Positions 6,368 through 11,771 of a stretch of 11,771 nucleotides of DNA are shown here, piece by piece. Origin of the DNA: Chlamydiales bacterium (lineage in GTDB: Bacteria; Chlamydiota; Chlamydiia; Chlamydiales; JBDQID01); NCBI GenBank assembly GCA_047611865.1, contig JBLFWS010000105.1:1-11771 (forward strand), in the 5' to 3' direction. Position 1 is the stretch's first letter, and each line of letters starts with the position of its first letter. Under the pieces are notes generated by a model. It searched no databases, was not told where the DNA came from, and worked only from the letters and a program-made list of their open reading frames with translations. The translations under genes and the position numbers were made by a program.

Positions 6368-8668
6368 TTATAAAAAGGACTCTATTGTTTTCTCAAATTC
6401 ACCCACGTAAGCCTTCTCGTCAGCGATTTTTTCGTACTGGCGACGGGTATAAGACGACCACTCAGAGTGCATCCCCGAATCTTTAAGTAAGCTATTCGCC
6501 AAGTCTATATAGTCTTCCTGTTTCCCGGAATGGACCAGTCTGTCATCACCAAAATATGCTCCCCCTACACTGGAGCCACCCTGTGCCATTGACACCACTG
6601 GACATCCGCCAGCCATGGCATCAAGCATGCCAAAACCACTGCCCATGGGAAATTCGTTTAGATACAAGGCCATGGAACGAGAAAGATGCTTTGGATCAGC
6701 TTGAGCCCCTAGAAAGACCACTCTGTCAACGATCTCTGGCAAAAAACGGGCCCTCAATTCATCTGGGTTCCGCACTTCTCCCATAGGCATGTAATAGGAT
6801 TTTGAAGAGTCCTTCAGAATCTCGCTTATGCAGTGACACATACCCACTGTCAACCTATTCTCCAAATGATTGGAAATCGTTGTCAAAATAGTGGCATCCT
6901 CTGAAACACCGAAAAAGGATTTTTTTTCAGGCTCCCTATTCCATTTCTCCACATACTCTGCTGAGGGTACTATCACCTCTAGCTTTGTTCCGATACTATG
7001 ATAATAGTCGACCTGTTCAGGAGGTGGAGATTTTGGTGAGATGACGAGGTCAAAACCCTCGTAATTCAGATGACTGCTCAGTTGATAAAAAATGTGGACA
7101 GGTACATTTGATAACCGTGCGGTCAGAAGATTGATCGCATCGGACTCGTGAAAAATCGCTACATCAATTTCTTCTTCCCGTAACTTAATGGCCACTCTCT
7201 CTGCTGCTTCGTAGTAAGATCCTTTTGCAGAGTCTACATAGGTTTTAATTCCGTGGCTTTCATAGATGGTCAAATTATCCGATCCCCTTTCCAACGAGGA
7301 ACGAGACTGTAAAGGTAAAACCGGATATTCACTAGTTCTCTCTACCATGTATTCATTGCTGAAAAGATGCACTTCGTACTTATCTTGACAATGCCCCCTA
7401 AACAAAATCCTCATGAGTCTCTGGGGAGCATTATTGGAATCTATAATCTGAGGAACTATATGTGCTATACGGACTTTTCCCCTTTTGACAAAACGACGCT
7501 TATCTTTTCTACAAGGGATTTTCTCTAGTATTTCTCGAAAACTTTCCTTTTCCCATAAAGGTCGAAGGGGATTTTTATGAAAATCATACCATTTCTCAAT
7601 AGACAGCTTTACATGGTGAGCTATAGATCTGGACTCACCAAGGCGATCTGCCGCAATCAACCTATTAAGACCTTTTCCTATTCCGTAAAGATGGTCTCCC
7701 GCTGCTGATTCCATCTTCCTTTCTTTTATCACGTCCTTGATACATTCGGAAATACCCTTAATGAGGTCCTTTTCTTTATCCTTCAACAATTCGTATTCAT
7801 TAACGAATACGGGATAGAGCTCCCTATCATGGGCTTCACTCATTTTTTGGACCAAGAGCTGCTTGTTGGGGTAACAATCAAGCACAAGAATCAGGTGCTG
7901 CTTTTCAAGTAGACTTTTGTACAGGCCATCATCCAACAAGCAATTCCATAATGAAGTGCTATTGACAAAAACAAATATGGCCTCTTGTCCACACAAGGGT
8001 TCCAATATTTCTCCCCACCCCATTTCAAAAGCTTCCATAAAAATAAGAGGCTGCTTGCCTCCTCTTTTCGAGAGTTCCCTGATAACTCTCTCTCCTTCTG
8101 CATTTGAGGATACATACGTTAGGGGGTAAAGAGCTTTTTCGGGAGGGAGAAGAGGGCCTTTCATCAGGCTATAATAGAGCTCTGTCTCGCGCAGTTGAAA
8201 ATCAAGTCTCCTTTGGATATAGAGTATCCTTGCTAACAAACTCTGGTAGAGTGAATGGGGAACTCCCATCAAAGCCTCGTGTATTTCCTCTTGGGACAGA
8301 CGCCTTTGTAGCCTTTCACTCAACAGACAGCTAAACCACAAAGGCAAACTATCCTCCTGATTGCTAATATATGCCTGAAAAACCTCATCAGTGGATGCAA
8401 TAAGACCAGCGATTATCCCGTCGTTATTTAAAAACTCGCTATCCTCGCCATTTTCTTGAAGCAATTTAGCTAAATGTTTGTTTGTGATATGTGCATCCAG
8501 ACATGTGCCGTGAACCAAAGCATCGGCATAGTTGAAAACCGCACCGTCTCTAAGCCTTATGTTTGGACTTGGGAAGAGCTGACTGAGAGCCCGTGTTACA
8601 TAAGAAAAACGGCAATATTCCAAAAACTCAGACTCTTCTTCCCTAAAGGTCATGATTGGCTCTCCCAT
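6368..8668 (-). CDS. Large GT-B glycosyltransferase with GT41 (OGT/SPINDLY/HMW1C)-like C-terminal catalytic region and an unrecognised ~390-aa N-terminal region
   Basis: The C-terminal half follows the GT41 pattern: KVRIAHIVP, HCQDKYEVHLFS, VAIKLREEEIDVAIF, ARLSNVPVHI, DRVVFLG, LYLNEFPMGSGFGMLDAMAGGCPVVSM. An alternative ATG at 8653 (MTFRE) has GGAG 8 nt upstream. Confidence 0.7.
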   Translation of the reverse strand: MGEPIMTFREEESEFLEYCRFSYVTRALSQLFPSPNIRLRDGAVFNYADALVHGTCLDAHITNKHLAKLLQENGEDSEFLNNDGIIAGLIASTDEVFQAYISNQEDSLPLWFSCLLSERLQRRLSQEEIHEALMGVPHSLYQSLLARILYIQRRLDFQLRETELYYSLMKGPLLPPEKALYPLTYVSSNAEGERVIRELSKRGGKQPLIFMEAFEMGWGEILEPLCGQEAIFVFVNSTSLWNCLLDDGLYKSLLEKQHLILVLDCYPNKQLLVQKMSEAHDRELYPVFVNEYELLKDKEKDLIKGISECIKDVIKERKMESAAGDHLYGIGKGLNRLIAADRLGESRSIAHHVKLSIEKWYDFHKNPLRPLWEKESFREILEKIPCRKDKRRFVKRGKVRIAHIVPQIIDSNNAPQRLMRILFRGHCQDKYEVHLFSNEYMVERTSEYPVLPLQSRSSLERGSDNLTIYESHGIKTYVDSAKGSYYEAAERVAIKLREEEIDVAIFHESDAINLLTARLSNVPVHIFYQLSSHLNYEGFDLVISPKSPPPEQVDYYHSIGTKLEVIVPSAEYVEKWNREPEKKSFFGVSEDATILTTISNHLENRLTVGMCHCISEILKDSSKSYYMPMGEVRNPDELRARFLPEIVDRVVFLGAQADPKHLSRSMALYLNEFPMGSGFGMLDAMAGGCPVVSMAQGGSSVGGAYFGDDRLVHSGKQEDYIDLANSLLKDSGMHSEWSSYTRRQYEKIADEKAYVGEFEKTIESFL

Positions 8669-8670
8669 AA

Positions 8671-8696
8671 TCTAAGTTGTCTATTTAAAACTTAGA
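8671..8696. promoter_or_regulatory. Perfect 8-bp inverted repeat overlapping the -10/TSS; candidate operator
   Basis: TCTAAGTT (8671-8678), a 10-nt spacer, then AACTTAGA (8689-8696). Confidence 0.4.
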
Positions 8697-8722
8697 CTAT
8701 ACACAAAAGAAAAGGCTGTCAA
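8694..8722 (-). promoter_or_regulatory. Sigma70/sigma66-type promoter for the glycosyltransferase-GNAT pair
   Basis: On the minus strand, a perfect TTGACA (8722-8717) is followed by 17 nt and TAGTCT (8699-8694). An overlapping TATAGT sits at 15-nt spacing. It lies ~25-40 nt upstream of the candidate start codons. Confidence 0.6.
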
Positions 8723-8774
8723 GATAGCTCGTATAAGCCGCTCGGATGCCGCAGGATCTGGGCCTTTTTCGGGG

Positions 8775-11702
8775 TTAAAAGCGCCCCGAATTAAACCATG
8801 CAGAAGTTTTTCCATGCCATTGGGTAATTTCGCGCCCAAAAGCGGCCTCATGGTATTGAGTATTTCGGTGGTCTCTATCGTAATCAAATTTTGTACAGAA
8901 TTTTCCAAATACAGCATCTAGTCCAGAGTCGGGGTCTGTTCTATTTTTTAATTTCTGTTCTATAGCCGCTAGAATTTCCTTTTGAGTTTCAGTTTTCGAC
9001 ATCCACAAAATTAATTGCTGTTGCCTAACCCTATCCTTATCACCAATAGTAGCTTTTAATATTCTGTAAATGCTGCTGAACAGATCTCCGTAGCAAGCTT
9101 GCTGAACATTTTCATTAATGTTTTTAACTTCATTCTGTCCGCGATTTTCAGACCGAATACTCACTTCTCTGTAAGACCCTTTCTGGCCACTACGAGCTGA
9201 TCGGCCACTAATCTGAGTTTGGGTACGGGCATCATGAGGTTTGTAAGAACACAAGACGTGGAAACCGCTCTCAGCTGTCACGTGCCAATCGGTACCCCGT
9301 GCACCCAAAGCTGTAGTAATTACGATATCCCCTTCCTTATAAGAATCATTAATGACTCCCTCATCTTCTTTTCTGATGTACAGGGCTTTGGGAGAATAAA
9401 CTCTATCTTGCTGCGAATGTAAAAAGTCTCTCATCTCCATGGCTTCTTTAGGATTCTTGCATACTAAGAGAATAGCCTGATTGTCTCTCTTCTGACTAAT
9501 TTCCTTTAGTATACTTCTTTGCCAGCTAGCCCTACTTGTTGATTCAATAGCTTTCTCTTCAGTTTTCAGACTCTTGGTAAAGTCAGGAACAGCTGTCATT
9601 ACAGCTTTTTGAGACCCTTTGGTATAAACTTTTTCGATGAGTTTCTTGAAGTGCGTATATTCCTGACGATGCCCTTCTTTACTGGGTAGAGATCCTGTAA
9701 ATCCGACTACACAATCCGCGTCTCCAATAACGTCAAGCTGACTCTGTAGATCAAGCGCAGTCGTTGGTATCGTAACCGTTTTACCCGCATACTCTTTGTA
9801 TTCCAGAAACATATGGATAAGATTATTGAATTTCATATTCTCAACGATCATTGCGGTTCCGTCTTCTATGTAACGGATGTGATTTTGTACCAGGACATCT
9901 TTCATTTGCAATTCAGTCAAATCAGAGAATTCTCTCCTTCGTTGATCCAGCTGTTGTACTCTACCGTAAAGTTCCACCACTGCATCTTTAAAAGGCTTAT
10001 ATTTTGGGTCTCTTAATTCTTGAGAAATATTTTCTTCAGTCAATGCTACAATTAATCTTGGCATGTACTGAATCAGACTTTGTGTGTATTGCCTCACTCT
10101 CCCCGCTACCGGACTAGACTCATCTTGTATCGCCTGTAATTGTTCATGTAAGTTTAAGCCATCACCAGCTACATCACCTAGATACCTTTTAGAAGATGGC
10201 AATATTTCTCTATAAACATATCCCAGCTGAACGAACATGCCCTTCAGCTCATTTGCAATACTTGGCGCTTTAAGATAGTTCACTCCGTCTTGCCATTCGG
10301 GATCATTAGGCTTCATAACTTTCAGGGCGTCACTCACCCATTGATCAAATTCACCTTCCACGTACTCAAGAAGAAAAGGGTCCGGTTTTCCAGCTCTTAA
10401 AGCATCCATAACCTGAGTTTTAAGAGTTCTTTGGAGATCCTGTAACTGCCCCCTGTCAGGGGATGGATTGCTGCCATAGAATTCCAGTACGTTCTTTGCA
10501 ATGTGCTTTCCCACAGCTTTTATATCTTTGGCGTAAGGCATCATTATAGTGGATTGCACACGGCTGCCGGCATGGTCGTACAAGACAGAATCACATTCAT
10601 CAACTACAAAACAAAGACCTTTATGGAGCTCCTGAAGCCCTGGATATTTTACTTTAAGATATTGAATATGATCTTTAATTTCCCCTTCATTCGAAGCACT
10701 TGGAAGCTCTTGATATTGCTCCAATAGTCTGGTCGAAGGAGCAATGAACTGTTTGCAATCTTGATTTGCGGATCGTTGAAATGATCTAAGCAATTTTTGC
10801 AATGTCTCATTTGGACTATCCCAAATATCTAATTTTTGGGAGCCGTTCTTTTTCTTTGCTACTTTATCGCATTCTAAGCCAAATGGTGTTGAATAAATCA
10901 CATCAACATCTGCACTACTCGCTATGGCATCCCCTACAAACTTGCGCCCATCGAAACAGTCAACTCTAAGCCCACAGGCTTCATATAGTGCGCGCATTTC
11001 ACTGACACCAGAAATAGCTAGAGGCTCAGTGGTTGTGAGGATACAAACTTTTTCATTATATATCTTTTTTCTTGCGATTGCCGTCATCGCGGCGATAAGA
11101 GTTTTACCCTGACCCGTTTTGATTTGTGCTAAGGAGGTTTTCTTCCCATCAAGAAAAAGAAGAACGCTTAAAAGTTGGTTCGTTCTGGGACAGAACCCTT
11201 TAAGCTCTTTGACTTTTTCAGAGATTTGGGCAACTGCCTTACAAACTCTTTGATCATTTTCAGAAAGTCCTAAATCACGAACGAGCTCTGGAGAAGAACT
11301 GGATTCTTCCAATGCTTGGATGAAAACTAATTTTTTTCTTAGGGTATCAAGGTTTCTGTCACGAGGGTTTAGGACTTGATACTCCTTCATGGCCTTATCA
11401 TCTACTTTGTCTGCCAGTTGCTTCATATACTCAGGTAATGGAGAAAATTGAGGGTTTGTGAGGCCTACAGCAACTGCCAGTTCTTTGCCCATGCCAAACA
11501 GTAAAGAAGCCAGGTATCTACATGCCGGGGCGATAACTGTATGAAAAAAGGCCACTGCCAATTCCCCTACTCGTTTTGCCAGGGCTTCCACGTTTGTAGG
11601 GAAATTGGAATTGTCGTGATTATCGTTAGGGAGTCTTTGCTGCTGGGATAAAATAGGGGTCCCGATCGCTGTTGTGGGCTGTAGATTACTCAATGAGTTC
11701 AC
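8775..11702 (-). CDS. Highly divergent SecA-like SF2 ATPase (SecA DEAD-like NBD1/NBD2); probably not the housekeeping translocase
   Basis: SecA motifs occur in order: PRTNQLL, LAQIKTGQGKTL (TGQGKT 11100-11117), VCILTTTEPLA, DVIYST, VVDECDSVLYD (DECD 10590-10601), IHMFLEYKE, VGFTGS, AILLVC, GDIVITTALGARGTD, GFHVL, QISGRSARSGQKGS (GRSARSG 9186-9206). GTG start with a weak RBS. Confidence 0.8.
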   Translation of the reverse strand: MNSLSNLQPTTAIGTPILSQQQRLPNDNHDNSNFPTNVEALAKRVGELAVAFFHTVIAPACRYLASLLFGMGKELAVAVGLTNPQFSPLPEYMKQLADKVDDKAMKEYQVLNPRDRNLDTLRKKLVFIQALEESSSSPELVRDLGLSENDQRVCKAVAQISEKVKELKGFCPRTNQLLSVLLFLDGKKTSLAQIKTGQGKTLIAAMTAIARKKIYNEKVCILTTTEPLAISGVSEMRALYEACGLRVDCFDGRKFVGDAIASSADVDVIYSTPFGLECDKVAKKKNGSQKLDIWDSPNETLQKLLRSFQRSANQDCKQFIAPSTRLLEQYQELPSASNEGEIKDHIQYLKVKYPGLQELHKGLCFVVDECDSVLYDHAGSRVQSTIMMPYAKDIKAVGKHIAKNVLEFYGSNPSPDRGQLQDLQRTLKTQVMDALRAGKPDPFLLEYVEGEFDQWVSDALKVMKPNDPEWQDGVNYLKAPSIANELKGMFVQLGYVYREILPSSKRYLGDVAGDGLNLHEQLQAIQDESSPVAGRVRQYTQSLIQYMPRLIVALTEENISQELRDPKYKPFKDAVVELYGRVQQLDQRRREFSDLTELQMKDVLVQNHIRYIEDGTAMIVENMKFNNLIHMFLEYKEYAGKTVTIPTTALDLQSQLDVIGDADCVVGFTGSLPSKEGHRQEYTHFKKLIEKVYTKGSQKAVMTAVPDFTKSLKTEEKAIESTSRASWQRSILKEISQKRDNQAILLVCKNPKEAMEMRDFLHSQQDRVYSPKALYIRKEDEGVINDSYKEGDIVITTALGARGTDWHVTAESGFHVLCSYKPHDARTQTQISGRSARSGQKGSYREVSIRSENRGQNEVKNINENVQQACYGDLFSSIYRILKATIGDKDRVRQQQLILWMSKTETQKEILAAIEQKLKNRTDPDSGLDAVFGKFCTKFDYDRDHRNTQYHEAAFGREITQWHGKTSAWFNSGRF

Positions 11703-11771
11703 CTGGATTGAATTAATTTATTATGATATAGATTGTAATTATAGACGTAATACTTAAAGTAAGTTGTATAA

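Noticed and set aside
8740..8769. Hairpin GCTCGGAT/ATCTGGGC plus TTTTT just past the SecA-like stop
   Set aside because: It pairs well only on the + strand (G:U), opposite to the flanking genes, and has an 8-nt loop. It is too weak to call a terminator.
8681..8917. 78-aa minus-strand ORF, considered as a separate gene or a frameshifted SecA tail
   Set aside because: It overlaps the SecA-like 3' end by 143 bp in another frame and runs through the predicted promoter. It shows no resemblance to SecA C-terminal domains.
1050..11112. Remaining short (62-78 aa) ORFs in the track
   Set aside because: All lie antisense to, or out of frame within, long motif-bearing genes and have no recognisable features.
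8775..11702. Calling this gene the housekeeping secA
   Set aside because: The motifs are too divergent, there are large insertions, and the C-terminal translocation domains are mostly missing.
11738..11743. TATAAT (minus strand) upstream of the SecA-like gene
   Set aside because: There is no matching -35 at 16-18 nt, and the region is very AT-rich, so a chance match is likely.
1..11771. CRISPR array, tRNA/rRNA, transposase or integrase
   Set aside because: I saw no regularly spaced repeats, structural RNA signatures or recombinase motifs, and the intergenic spaces are short.

Overview
AT-rich bacterial window with seven protein-coding genes, one of them partial. Left to right: (1) 5' end of an AlkK/DmdB-type acyl-CoA ligase on the minus strand, which runs off the left edge and is missing from the ORF track. 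(2) A ~163-bp MITE-like nested palindrome in the divergent intergenic region. (3) An overlapping two-gene operon: a GshB-like ATP-grasp ligase and an N-formylglutamate amidohydrolase::DUF1704 (QEGLA/MATCAP-like HExxxH metallopeptidase) fusion, followed by a strong hairpin. (4) An atypical eukaryote-like protein kinase. (5) A convergent minus-strand block: a highly divergent SecA-like ATPase, a GT41-like glycosyltransferase with its own sigma70-type promoter, and a WecD-like GNAT acetyltransferase. The kinase and SecA-like protein have low-complexity N-termini typical of secreted effectors, which suggests a host-associated organism such as an environmental chlamydia (inference only). The best candidate novel systems are the ATP-grasp/MATCAP-like 'writer/eraser' pair and the non-canonical SecA-like protein. 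All family assignments come from recognising motifs by eye; no searches were run.
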